Assembly: GCA_017302895.1 (NCBI GenBank)
Contig: JAFLBV010000003.1
Location: 71,115-135,114, forward strand
Direction: 5' to 3'
Source of the DNA: Ignavibacteria bacterium
Lineage (GTDB): Bacteria; Bacteroidota; Ignavibacteria; Ignavibacteriales; Ignavibacteriaceae
Length of the DNA stretch: 64,000 nt
The notes below the pieces were generated by a model. That model worked only from the letters and a program-made list of their open reading frames with translations, ran no database searches and had not been told where the DNA came from. Shown piece by piece: positions 46,806 through 58,068 of this stretch (its first letter is position 1; each line of letters starts with the position of its first letter). The position numbers were made by a program, and so were the translations under genes.

Positions 46806-48356
46806 ATGAAAAACCGCCTCCCTCTGGGACTGCAGAATTTTGATGATCTGAGACGGAAGAAGAAAGTCTATGTCGATAAGACAGCTTTTATTGCTGAATT
46901 GATATCAGATTATAAAATTGTATTCCTTTCCAGACCCCGCAGATTTGGAAAATCCCTTCTTCTTTCGACCATTAAAGAACTTTTCAGCGGAAACAGGGAC
47001 TCGTTTGAGGGTCTTTATATTCATGACCGGGTTAATGTTGAAAAACTTCCTGTCATTTTGCTGGACTTTTCCTTAATAGCCAACAGTGATGCAGACACTT
47101 TCAAAAAATCGATAATCATTTACCTGCAGGAGATTGCAAGGGAATATTCTGTCGAGATTGATACAGATGTGCCACAAATGGCAATATTTCTCCTCGTAAA
47201 CCGTATCCACACAGTTACGGGTAAAAAGACAGTTATCCTGATCGATGAATATGACAAGCCGATTGTTGATCACATAACCAACCCTGCCAAAGCATCGGAA
47301 AACAGAGAGATACTACAGGGTTTCTTTGGTGCCATCAAAGGTCTGGATCAGTTTATCGAGTTTCTCTTTATCACAGGGGTGAGCAAGTTTTCGAAGGTAT
47401 CTCTTTTCTCGGGATTCAATCAACTCACCGACATTTCATATGATCCCAGGTTCAATGATATATGCGGCTACACCCAGGAAGAACTGCAATCTTCTTTTAC
47501 CCCTGAACTCGACAAATTGAATTCCGTATTTGATGCTCCCCGTGAGAAGTTAATGGAGCAAATTAAATACTGGTATAATGGTTACAGCTGGGACGGAAAG
47601 AATACAGTTTATAACCCCGTATCGATATTGAATCTTTTCAGAATTAATGAATTTCAGAATTACTGGTTTGCAACCGGTACCCCAACATTTCTTTTAAAAA
47701 AAATAAAAGAAGATTCGGTTTTTATCCCAGAACTTGAGGCACTTACGATAGACTCAACCGGGTTGGAGTCGTTTGACATCGAAAACATCAGTCTGCGGAA
47801 TCTTCTTTTACAGACAGGATATCTTACCGTTAAGGGAAAGACCTCCGGATTCTCAGGCGTTACCTACACTCTCGGCTACCCAAACTATGAAGTAAAAGAT
47901 GCGTTTTATTCCTTTATATATGGATATCTGACTGAACGGAAAGTGGATGAAGTCAATTCAATCGCTGCAAGAATGAAAAAATCTCTCATTCAACAAAATC
48001 CTGACCTCTTCCTGTCTGATCTGAAATACCTTTTCGCACAGATTCCTTCCATGCTCTATATTTCAGAAGAAAAGTACTTCCATTCACTTTTTATAACCAT
48101 CGCTTTTCTGATTGGTCTGAAGGTGGAATCCGAGGTGAGTACAAATATTGGACGAATTGATACTGTTCTCGAACTGGAGGATAAATATTATCTTCTCGAA
48201 TTCAAATACTGTAAATCTGCTCAATCCGGAATTGATCAAATCAAAGACAAGAGGTATGCAGAGAAATATCTGCGTTCAGGGAAACAGATAATTTTCGTTT
48301 CCCTTGCCTTTACCAGACATGAAATTACCATGCAAACGGAAAACTTCCGGGAGTAA
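46806..48356 (+). CDS. AAA-ATPase-like N-terminal domain fused to a PD-(D/E)XK nuclease-like C-terminal domain (PF09820/PF08011-type architecture)
   Basis: LPLGLQNFDDLRRKKKVYVDKTAFI, P-loop-like RPRRFGKSLLLST and Walker-B-like VILIDEYDKP. The C-terminal part reads GRIDTVLELEDKYYLLEFKY. ATG 46806 is preferred over TTG 46779. Confidence 0.75.
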   Translation: MKNRLPLGLQNFDDLRRKKKVYVDKTAFIAELISDYKIVFLSRPRRFGKSLLLSTIKELFSGNRDSFEGLYIHDRVNVEKLPVILLDFSLIANSDADTFKKSIIIYLQEIAREYSVEIDTDVPQMAIFLLVNRIHTVTGKKTVILIDEYDKPIVDHITNPAKASENREILQGFFGAIKGLDQFIEFLFITGVSKFSKVSLFSGFNQLTDISYDPRFNDICGYTQEELQSSFTPELDKLNSVFDAPREKLMEQIKYWYNGYSWDGKNTVYNPVSILNLFRINEFQNYWFATGTPTFLLKKIKEDSVFIPELEALTIDSTGLESFDIENISLRNLLLQTGYLTVKGKTSGFSGVTYTLGYPNYEVKDAFYSFIYGYLTERKVDEVNSIAARMKKSLIQQNPDLFLSDLKYLFAQIPSMLYISEEKYFHSLFITIAFLIGLKVESEVSTNIGRIDTVLELEDKYYLLEFKYCKSAQSGIDQIKDKRYAEKYLRSGKQIIFVSLAFTRHEITMQTENFRE

Positions 48357-48365
48357 TTCCCCCCC

Positions 48366-48465
48366 CATTACTGCATTATTGGATTATCTGCATTACTGCA
48401 TAAAAAAAAAGCCCCTCCATTTCTGAAGAGGCTTAAAACATTACTGCATTATTGCATTACTGCAT
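48366..48465. repeat. Four copies of the 11-mer CATTACTGCAT flanking the gyrA terminator
   Basis: Copies at 48366-48376, 48391-48401, 48439-48449 and 48455-48465. The surrounding sequence shows a degenerate 8-nt period (CATTAYTG). Confidence 0.9.
48402..48434 (-). terminator. Intrinsic terminator of gyrA
   Basis: The minus-strand RNA reads AAGCCUC-UUCAGAAAUG-GAGGGGCUU followed by U9. Confidence 0.8.
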
Positions 48466-50936
48466 TAAAGAAGGGTTTCTTCCGTCTCTGCAGTATCTGT
48501 TGCATTATCATCGTCATCCGGAACTACCTTAGCGATGTCGGTAATCGAATCGTTATCCTTCAGGTTGATGATTCTTACACCCTGGGTGTTTCTTCCCATT
48601 GTGCGGATATCCTTGGCAGCCATTTTAATGACCATGCCACCTGAAGTGATGCAGATAAGTTCATCGTTGTCGTTGAGTTCCATGATCGACATCAGTTTAC
48701 CCGTCTTTTCAGTGGTTTTCACGGTAATGATACCCTTTCCGCCACGGTTGGTAACACGATAATCGTTCACATCCGACCGTTTTCCATAACCTTTGTCGGT
48801 AACCACCATTACGGTGCTTGTGCGTTTGATAACGAGTGAACCGATTACGAAGTCACCTTTCTCGAGTCTGATACCGATAACGCCGGTTGCGGCTCTTCCC
48901 ATGTCACGAACAGCACTCTCGTCGAAACGGATGGCTATACCGTCGTGGGTACCGATGATGATATTGTCACCGGCTTCGCAAAGCTTGGCGCTGATGAGTG
49001 AATCACCTTCATTCAGATTCAGGGCGATAATTCCGCCGCGTCTTACATTACCGTAAGCCGAGAGGACAGTTTTCTTGATAACGCCATTTTTGGTAGCCAT
49101 TATCAGGTACTGATCATCCTTAAACTCTTTAACGGTTACGAAAGCAGTGATCTGCTCGTCAGGTGTTTTCTCAATCAGATTGAGGATCGACCTTCCGAGT
49201 GCGGATCTTCCGACATCGGGCACTTCGTGTACCTTGAGCCAGTAGCAGCGACCCTTGTCGGTGAAGAACATGATGTAGTGGTGTGTCGAGGCAACAAACA
49301 TTGTCTCCACGAAATCACCTTCTTTTGTTCCGGCACCGGTTACACCTCTTCCGCCGCGTTTCTGTTTTCTGTATCCGCTCGCAGGGAATCTCTTGATGAA
49401 ACCTCTGTGGGAAATGGTAACCACCACATCCTCTTCAGCGATCATGTCCTCGAGTGAGAAGTTTTCATAGTCATAAATGATTTCGGTTCTTCTTTCGTCG
49501 CCAAATTTGTCGCGAAGAGCTATGAGTTCCTCTTTAATGATGAGATTTCTCTTCTCTTCACTTTCGAGGATGCCTCTCAGTTTCTCAATCAGTTTGATAA
49601 GCTCTTTATATTCCTGCTCAATTTTCTTTCTTTCGAGACCGGTCAGCCTTTGCAATCTCATATCGAGTATCGCTTTTGCCTGAATCTCTGAAAGTTTGAA
49701 GCGTTCCATCAGGTTTTTCTTTGCAGTTTCGGTATCTCTCGAAGCCTTAATGACAGCAATTACCTCATCGATATTATCGAGAGCGATGATGTAACCTTCG
49801 AGAATGTGGGCTCTACGCTCTGCCGCATCGAGTTCGAAACGGGTTCTGCGAATGAGTACATCCATTCTGTGGAGCAGGAAGTGGTGCATCATTTCTTTAA
49901 GGTTGAGTACCTTTGGAGCTCCGTTCACCAGTGCGAGCATGATTACACCAAAAGTTACCTGCATCTGGGTGTGTTTGTAGAGCTGGTTGAGGACTACAGC
50001 AGGCTGAGCATCTTTTTTCAGTTCGATAACCACACGCATACCGTCCCTGTCAGATTCATCTCTTAGATTTGAGATGTGCTGAAGTTTCCCTTCCTTAACC
50101 TGTTGAGCTATTCTTTCGATAAGAGCAGCTTTATTAACCTGGTAGGGAAGTTCGGTCACGATAATGTGAATTCTGCCGTTTTTCTGTGTTTCAGTGTTTA
50201 CCTTCGCACGAACGATAAGTTTTCCTCTGCCCGTGTGGTAGGCACTTTTCACTTCGGAATAGCCGTAGATAATTCCGCCTGTCGGGAAATCGGGAGCAGA
50301 TACATGCTGCATCAGTCCGTCGATGTCAATTGCGGGATTGTCGATCATGGCTACAAGTCCATTAATCGTTTCTGTCAGGTTGTGAGGCGGAATGTTTGTT
50401 GCCATACCGACCGCAATACCGCTCGACCCGTTGATCAACAGGTTGGGCAGGTAAGAGGGGAGAACTGATGGCTCCTGAAGTGAATCATCAAAGTTGGGGA
50501 CGAAGTTTACCGTGTTTTTGTCAAGATCGCGAAGCATTTCATCTGAGATTTTCGCGAGTCTTGCTTCGGTGTACCTCATTGCCGCTGCGGAGTCACCATC
50601 CACTGATCCAAAGTTACCCTGACCCATCACAAGCGGATAGCGGAGAGAGAATTCCTGGACCATGCGCACCATCGCATCGTAAACGGAGGAATCACCGTGC
50701 GGGTGATACTTTCCAAGCACTTCACCCACGATTCTGGCAGATTTTTTGAAGGGTCTGTTGTAGTAGTAGCCCAAATCGTGCATACCAAACAACACTCTTC
50801 TGTGAACAGGTTTCAGACCATCGCGGACATCGGGTAATGCTCTTGAAACAATTACCGACATCGAATAATCGATGTAAGAAGATTTTAACTCTTCTTCAAG
50901 TGAAACGGGAATGATTTTATCAAACATATTTGACAT
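48465..50936 (-). CDS. gyrA: DNA gyrase subunit A
   Basis: 823 aa. Active-site [10 protein letters not shown] and the GyrA box KQKRGGRGV. Confidence 0.95.
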   Translation of the reverse strand: MSNMFDKIIPVSLEEELKSSYIDYSMSVIVSRALPDVRDGLKPVHRRVLFGMHDLGYYYNRPFKKSARIVGEVLGKYHPHGDSSVYDAMVRMVQEFSLRYPLVMGQGNFGSVDGDSAAAMRYTEARLAKISDEMLRDLDKNTVNFVPNFDDSLQEPSVLPSYLPNLLINGSSGIAVGMATNIPPHNLTETINGLVAMIDNPAIDIDGLMQHVSAPDFPTGGIIYGYSEVKSAYHTGRGKLIVRAKVNTETQKNGRIHIIVTELPYQVNKAALIERIAQQVKEGKLQHISNLRDESDRDGMRVVIELKKDAQPAVVLNQLYKHTQMQVTFGVIMLALVNGAPKVLNLKEMMHHFLLHRMDVLIRRTRFELDAAERRAHILEGYIIALDNIDEVIAVIKASRDTETAKKNLMERFKLSEIQAKAILDMRLQRLTGLERKKIEQEYKELIKLIEKLRGILESEEKRNLIIKEELIALRDKFGDERRTEIIYDYENFSLEDMIAEEDVVVTISHRGFIKRFPASGYRKQKRGGRGVTGAGTKEGDFVETMFVASTHHYIMFFTDKGRCYWLKVHEVPDVGRSALGRSILNLIEKTPDEQITAFVTVKEFKDDQYLIMATKNGVIKKTVLSAYGNVRRGGIIALNLNEGDSLISAKLCEAGDNIIIGTHDGIAIRFDESAVRDMGRAATGVIGIRLEKGDFVIGSLVIKRTSTVMVVTDKGYGKRSDVNDYRVTNRGGKGIITVKTTEKTGKLMSIMELNDNDELICITSGGMVIKMAAKDIRTMGRNTQGVRIINLKDNDSITDIAKVVPDDDDNATDTAETEETLL

Positions 50937-50954
50937 ATTGATTTAAACTCTTCT

Positions 50955-52964
<2,010 letters not shown>

Positions 52965-52975
52965 CTAATCCGTTT

Positions 52976-53266
52976 TTATCTTGAAAACTTTATTTGTTTA
53001 ATCTTTTCACTTTTAAAGTAAGTGTTCATTTTATTAATAAGCAGTTCCTCGTTGAACTTCAGTTCGTTCTTCAACGAAGGATTGTCAACCTTGATTCTTA
53101 ATATTCCGTTGTCATATTTGTCAGGGAGAACATGACCCGCAAGCTCGGGAAAGATGAGAAAGAAATGTTCGTAAACTTCCTCTTTCTCGAGAATCTCTCT
53201 CACTTTTTGAAAAGCGGGATCGTTTGCCATAACCTCACCCACCGAGGTGACAATTTTTTTTGCCAT
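52976..53266 (-). CDS. DUF721-domain protein (DciA-like)
   Basis: 96 aa located between recF and gyrB. The pattern GILRIKVDNPSLKNELKFNEELLINKMN...IKQIKF matches the DUF721 layout as I remember it. Confidence 0.65.
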   Translation of the reverse strand: MAKKIVTSVGEVMANDPAFQKVREILEKEEVYEHFFLIFPELAGHVLPDKYDNGILRIKVDNPSLKNELKFNEELLINKMNTYFKSEKIKQIKFSR

Positions 53267-53317
53267 TCCTTAGCCTGAAACTTCACAAGGGTAAAAGCTA
53301 TTCATCCGGTGCGCCTG

Positions 53318-54409
53318 TCAAGGATTAACGAAAATTGTTGAATCGTTCTCGTCCTTCTTTAAAAACCCGTAGTTTGAGAAGTCGGTCAATGTTATAAATG
53401 CCTGCCCCACTTCTTTCAGATACTCGCTGATTGCAATCGATCTTGCCTTGTCAAGCTCACCAAAAACATCATCCAACAGGAAAAAAGGTGTGTTCTTTAA
53501 AATCTTCTTCAGAAAAAAGAACTGTGCGAACTTCAATGCCACTTGAAATGTCTTGTGCTGCCCCTGTGAACCGAAAGTTCTTACGGAATTTCCGTTTATG
53601 CTGAAAATAAAATCATCCTTATGCGGACCGGTCAGGTTTGTCCCCCGTCTTATCTCATTCTCCCTGTTTGCAAGTATCGCCTTGTGAAACACACTCTGAA
53701 TGCCGGCATCATCCACAGCAAAAGAATCGTATTCGATTGCCGGAATCTCTTGGTTGTTCATAATGTGAGAGTATGATTCGGAGAGGTAGTCCTTGAATTC
53801 GCTGATGAACTTTCGTCTCATCACGATGAGTTGGACGCCTGAATTCACCAGTTTTTCATCCCAGGCTTCCAGTTGATCAAAGAGGGTTTTCGACCTGAAC
53901 TCTTTCAATTTATTTAAGAGAGATGACCTTTGCTTTAATGTTCTGTTGTAGTCGAGAAGTGTATCAAGATACACTTCACTCGACTGCGAAATAACCGAAT
54001 CGACAAATTTTCTTCTGTCAGCGGGATACCCGTGGGTAAGGTCGAGATCTGCCGGAGTCAGGACCACGACCGGAAACTTGCCAATCACATCTGCGGCACG
54101 GTTTAATTGCTTCCCGTCCTTAAAATATACTCTTTTATTCTCCTCTCTTCCATACCTTATCCTCACTTTATGAGAAGTGAAGCTCTCGATGGAGGAGACA
54201 ATTTCGTAAACATCCGAGTCAAAATTTACCATCTCAGTGTCAGGACTCGATCTGAAACTTTTTGTAGTACAAATGAGATAGACAGCTTCGAGTATGGTGG
54301 TTTTGCCTTTGCCGTTACCACCAACCAGAAAGTTTAGCCCCGGAGAAAAATCAAAATGCGAATCCTTATGCAACCGGAAATTCTTAAGTTCCAGCGACTT
54401 TAATATCAT
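53318..54409 (-). CDS. recF: DNA replication and repair protein RecF
   Basis: Walker A VGGNGKGKTTILEAV, signature region FGSQGQHKTF and Walker B FLLDDVFGELD. Confidence 0.92.
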   Translation of the reverse strand: MILKSLELKNFRLHKDSHFDFSPGLNFLVGGNGKGKTTILEAVYLICTTKSFRSSPDTEMVNFDSDVYEIVSSIESFTSHKVRIRYGREENKRVYFKDGKQLNRAADVIGKFPVVVLTPADLDLTHGYPADRRKFVDSVISQSSEVYLDTLLDYNRTLKQRSSLLNKLKEFRSKTLFDQLEAWDEKLVNSGVQLIVMRRKFISEFKDYLSESYSHIMNNQEIPAIEYDSFAVDDAGIQSVFHKAILANRENEIRRGTNLTGPHKDDFIFSINGNSVRTFGSQGQHKTFQVALKFAQFFFLKKILKNTPFFLLDDVFGELDKARSIAISEYLKEVGQAFITLTDFSNYGFLKKDENDSTIFVNP

Positions 54410-55515
54410 ATTGTGTTCAGACGCGTCGGCATGAGGAGCATAAGCAGATCCTCATTTTCATCCTGTTTAAGCGGCTTGAATATTGCTGCTTTTGACGGGG
54501 ACACCAACTCGACCACTAGATCATCACAGTTTAGATTGTTCAAAATTTCAAGCAGGGATTCGGTTTTGAAGCCGATGGTAAAATTTTCACCAATATAATT
54601 TGCCGGAATCGACTCGTCAGCCCTTGAACCGCTCTCCTGATCCTCAGTATTCATTTGTATGCTCTCTTTGTCGAGAGTAACTTTTACAAGCTGGAAGTTT
54701 TTGTTGCTGAGAAGTACCATTCTTCTTGTGGCGGAAATAAAAGGCGCCTTACTGATTGAAAGCTTATTCGGACTGTCGGCAGGAATTACGGCACTGTATT
54801 CCGGAAATTTATGCTCTATCAGTCTTGAAACGAGTCTGGTGGTTCCTGATTCAAAATACATGCCGCCTGTTGTATATTTCAGGGAAACAACCCCGTCTTC
54901 AAGAAGTTTTACAAGGATATTAACAGTTTTACCCGGTACAACAATAGCCACGGGATCGTCATGCTTCAAATTGAGAGCTGAAAATCTGACAAGTTTGTGG
55001 GCATCGGTGGCAACAAAATGTGTACCATCCTCTTTCATATCGATAAGCACACCTGTCATGGAAACCCTTGCTGAATCCTTGGATACGGCGAAGGAGGCAG
55101 CCTGAAGCGCTTTTTTGAGAAGCTTTGCATCTATTTCGAGGCTGTTTTCAGTTTCAATATCTTTAAATCCGGGGAAATTGTCGGGGGAGGAGTAATTGAA
55201 ATTGTAATGGCCCAGATCGGTTTGCATCACAATTTTTTGTTCCTCAATCACCACTCTGATCAGCGTGTCGCCGAGTGATTTCACAAAATCGCTCAGGAGT
55301 TTCCCTTTCACGATGAATCTTGCCGAACCGTCGCATGTAACCAGATCTTTTACACTGATCGCAACTTCATGATCATTGGCAGTAAGGGTAAGTTCGCCAT
55401 CCCCAAATTCAACAAGGATGTTCTCGAGAATTGGCATCGGGGTACGCAGTGGCACAGCCGGGAGGACTTTTGTTATCAGCTTGTCAAAAGCTATACTGTT
55501 AATGGTAAATTGCAT
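54406..55515 (-). CDS. dnaN: DNA polymerase III beta subunit (sliding clamp)
   Basis: 369 aa with the typical N-terminus (LPAVPLRTPMPILENILVEF...LTLTANDHEV). There is a 4-nt overlap with recF. Confidence 0.92.
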   Translation of the reverse strand: MQFTINSIAFDKLITKVLPAVPLRTPMPILENILVEFGDGELTLTANDHEVAISVKDLVTCDGSARFIVKGKLLSDFVKSLGDTLIRVVIEEQKIVMQTDLGHYNFNYSSPDNFPGFKDIETENSLEIDAKLLKKALQAASFAVSKDSARVSMTGVLIDMKEDGTHFVATDAHKLVRFSALNLKHDDPVAIVVPGKTVNILVKLLEDGVVSLKYTTGGMYFESGTTRLVSRLIEHKFPEYSAVIPADSPNKLSISKAPFISATRRMVLLSNKNFQLVKVTLDKESIQMNTEDQESGSRADESIPANYIGENFTIGFKTESLLEILNNLNCDDLVVELVSPSKAAIFKPLKQDENEDLLMLLMPTRLNTI

Positions 55516-55830
55516 TATGATTTCCTGTTTTTCCGAATGTCAAAAATACAAAATTTCCCGCAATTTGTGGCAGTTTATATGTCGTCAAATCGTGCATTTT
55601 TTTCAACTTGCAAGAGCGATAGCAACAAAAATTCAGTTGGTTTGAGGTTTTTCCCTCTTTTACCCAAACATGTCGCTTATAATGGATATAAAGGCGTCCG
55701 GAAAACCACCCTATCTGTTCCGTTGCACCACGGCGTACAGGGCGGTTTTTCGCCTCACCCGGTGACCACGCATTCACCTTCAACTGCTCCACAAGGTCAC
55801 TCACGGCGAAAAAAGAGAATATTCGCAGTT

Positions 55831-55905
55831 TATATTTTACTTTAAAGCCAAAATGGAAAATATAAATATTTATATTTTACTTTTCGGGCAAAATGGAAAA
55901 TATGG
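55831..55905. repeat. Two 34-bp palindromic units at 40-bp spacing, downstream of fic; identical to 57119-57193
   Basis: The units at 55831-55864 and 55871-55904 have the form TATATTTTAC-N14-GGAAAATAT(A/G). The block begins 13 nt beyond the fic stop codon. Confidence 0.95.
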
Positions 55906-55918
55906 CTACATCCGATTG

Positions 55919-57049
55919 CTATTTATTAAGAATATCGAGGTACTCTTTGAACAGGAAAATCCTGTTTCTTTTAAAACCGGTAATTTCCGTCAATATTCCC
56001 ATTTCTTCGAAACTTCTAAGAAGCTCATTAACTGTTTTTTGAGAGATTAATAACAACCGCTCTACTTCATTGGTGTTTATGATTGGCTTTCTAAAAAGTT
56101 GATCGAGCAGGAGTTGAGCTTTTTGAGCCTTTTTACCCAATCCAATTATTTTTTTCTGAGTTAAACTGTTTTTCAATTCTACAATTCTGCTCAATGAGTA
56201 CACAGCCTCTTTAGCTGTTGTTTCTACAGCATTCAAGAAAAAGATGATCCATCCTTCCATATCTCCCTTCTCCCTCACGAAGGTCAATTTATCGTAGTAT
56301 AAACTTTTGTTTTTCTCAAAGAAATCGGATGTATAAAGCAGAGGCTTATCAAGTAACCCGGCAGAAATCAGATACAGAGTGATCAAAAGCCTCCCGATTC
56401 TTCCGTTTCCGTCAAGGAAGGGATGAATGGTTTCAAATTGATAGTGAGCTATCGCTATTCTTATTATTTTAGGGACGGAGAGGTCTTCGTTGTGAAGGAA
56501 CTTCTCCAGATCAGACATCAACTCATCAACAAGGTCAGCAGCCGGGGGCACAAAAACAGCATCTTTGATAGAGGCACCACCTATCCAGTTTTGCGATGCC
56601 CTGAACTCGCCGGGATTTTTTGTCTTTCCTCTTACATGTGAGAGGAGAACTGCGTGGGTAGCTTTTAAAAGACGGCTGGAGAGTGGAAGACGATTTAATT
56701 CATCAAGTGAAAAGTTCATCGCCTCCAGATATTTTTTTGTTTCTATCCAGTCATTTCTGTGCTCCGGGTTGACATCAAGCTCGTCGTAAAATGCCTCTTC
56801 GATGTTGGTCCTAGTCCCCTCGATTCGACTCGAAGTAACAGCCTCCTTGGTCACATATGATTGGATAAAAAGATCAATATCAGGAATAAATTTCGCATAG
56901 GAGTTTAATTCTCCCAGTCTTAAGGAAACCTGTTCTAGCAGCTCGAGGATTCTGTTGTTGCTAAAGTTCCAGGAACGGTTTATCTGTGATGGAACAAAGT
57001 ATTTGTATTGGTAGCCTTGTTTGTAGCTTCCGGGATTAAAATTGTCCAT
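55919..57049 (-). CDS. Fic-family protein (AMPylase-type, class II with N-terminal inhibitory motif and C-terminal winged-helix-like tail)
   Basis: 376 aa. The active-site motif is HPFLDGNGRIGR. The inhibitory (S/T)xxxE(G/N) motif appears as SSRIEG upstream of the core. The C-terminal LLISQKTVNELLRSFEEMGIL is HTH-like. Confidence 0.9.
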   Translation of the reverse strand: MDNFNPGSYKQGYQYKYFVPSQINRSWNFSNNRILELLEQVSLRLGELNSYAKFIPDIDLFIQSYVTKEAVTSSRIEGTRTNIEEAFYDELDVNPEHRNDWIETKKYLEAMNFSLDELNRLPLSSRLLKATHAVLLSHVRGKTKNPGEFRASQNWIGGASIKDAVFVPPAADLVDELMSDLEKFLHNEDLSVPKIIRIAIAHYQFETIHPFLDGNGRIGRLLITLYLISAGLLDKPLLYTSDFFEKNKSLYYDKLTFVREKGDMEGWIIFFLNAVETTAKEAVYSLSRIVELKNSLTQKKIIGLGKKAQKAQLLLDQLFRKPIINTNEVERLLLISQKTVNELLRSFEEMGILTEITGFKRNRIFLFKEYLDILNK

Positions 57050-57078
57050 ATTGCAAATTTTTGTGTTTGATGGTCATT

Positions 57079-57193
57079 TATATTTTACTTTAAAGCCAAA
57101 ATGGAAAATATAAAATACTATATTTTACTTTAAAGCCAAAATGGAAAATATAAATATTTATATTTTACTTTTCGGGCAAAATGGAAAATATGG
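57079..57193. repeat. Three 34-bp palindromic units at 40-bp spacing, upstream of fic
   Basis: Units at 57079-57112, 57119-57152 and 57159-57192. The nearest unit starts 29 nt from the fic start codon. Confidence 0.95.
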
Positions 57194-57302
57194 AATTGGG
57201 GATATACCTTTTGCGAGAGGGAGAATTGATAGCTAAATTAATCCCTTTCCCACCTTGGCTTTATTTGTTAAATTTGTAAATTGCTCAAAAAAATAATTAG
57301 AG

Positions 57303-58067
57303 ATGAAAAAAGTATTATTTCCGGCACTTTTGGCTGTGATCTTCCTGGCAGGCTGCTCACTTGATGTCGACCGTTCTGCCATGTCACCTGAAGAGAGATT
57401 CAAGTATGCACTGTCTTTGTACGAAGATGAGTCATATCTTGAGGCAATAACCGAATTTGAAGGTATACTGATACAATATCCCGGCAGTACAGTTGCAGCA
57501 GATGCCCAATATTTTCTAGCGATGTCCCGCTTTAAAAGAAGTGAATATCTGATGGGTGCCTACGAGTTCAGTAAGCTGATCAACACTATGCGCGCAAGCA
57601 AGTATATTAAAGACGCACAATTTATGCTCGCCGACTGCTATTATGAATTGTCGCCGAATTATGCTCTCGACCAAAAGTACTCGGAGAAGGCAATCGAGGA
57701 ATTTCAGGCTTTTATCAATTTCTTCCCAACCGACCCAAAGGTAGAGGAAGCTGAAAGAAAAATTGCCGAAATGAACGACAAACTCGCTCAAAAAGTCTTT
57801 TCAAATGCAGTAACTTATGAAAAAATGGGTATGTATGGAGCAGCGATAGAATACTACGGCTACCTTACCGAGAAGTATCACGATTCAAAATATTGCGGTG
57901 AAGCCTCCTACAACAAAATTACACTTCTTGTCGACAGAAAAAGATATAAGGAAGCTCTCAAGGAAACAGAACTCTTCCTCGCCAGATACAAAGGTGATCC
58001 GAACACCCGGAATGTTGAATCGATCAGAGCAGATCTCTTGAAAATGCCACAACTCTCGGCTCAATAG
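57303..58067 (+). CDS. bamD: Outer membrane protein assembly factor BamD (TPR lipoprotein)
   Basis: The lipobox is in the signal peptide MKKVLFPALLAVIFLAGCS. The TPR pattern includes YEDESYLEAITEFEGILIQYPGS and AQFMLADCYYE. Confidence 0.8.
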   Translation: MKKVLFPALLAVIFLAGCSLDVDRSAMSPEERFKYALSLYEDESYLEAITEFEGILIQYPGSTVAADAQYFLAMSRFKRSEYLMGAYEFSKLINTMRASKYIKDAQFMLADCYYELSPNYALDQKYSEKAIEEFQAFINFFPTDPKVEEAERKIAEMNDKLAQKVFSNAVTYEKMGMYGAAIEYYGYLTEKYHDSKYCGEASYNKITLLVDRKRYKEALKETELFLARYKGDPNTRNVESIRADLLKMPQLSAQ

Positions 58068-58068
58068 A

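Noticed and set aside
55690-55712. GUCCGGAA, which resembles the SRP RNA domain IV tetraloop region
   Set aside because: The flanking bases cannot form the UCC/GGA closing stem, and the conserved GGAAGCAGC 3' side is absent.
55499-55804. 101-aa minus-strand ORF in the dnaN-fic spacer
   Set aside because: It overlaps the dnaN start, has odd composition (Cys/Trp/Lys-rich) and no motif. The GC-rich part is reported as a finding instead.
55516-55918. oriC upstream of dnaN
   Set aside because: There is only one 7/9 DnaA-box-like match and no cluster. dnaA is not adjacent. The AT-rich palindromic units do not resemble DnaA boxes.
55853-56050. 65-aa plus-strand ORF starting inside the palindromic repeat (MENINIYILLFGQNGKYG...)
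   Set aside because: It starts from the ATGGAAAATAT arm of the repeat unit and runs antisense into the fic 3' end, so it is an artefact of the repeat.
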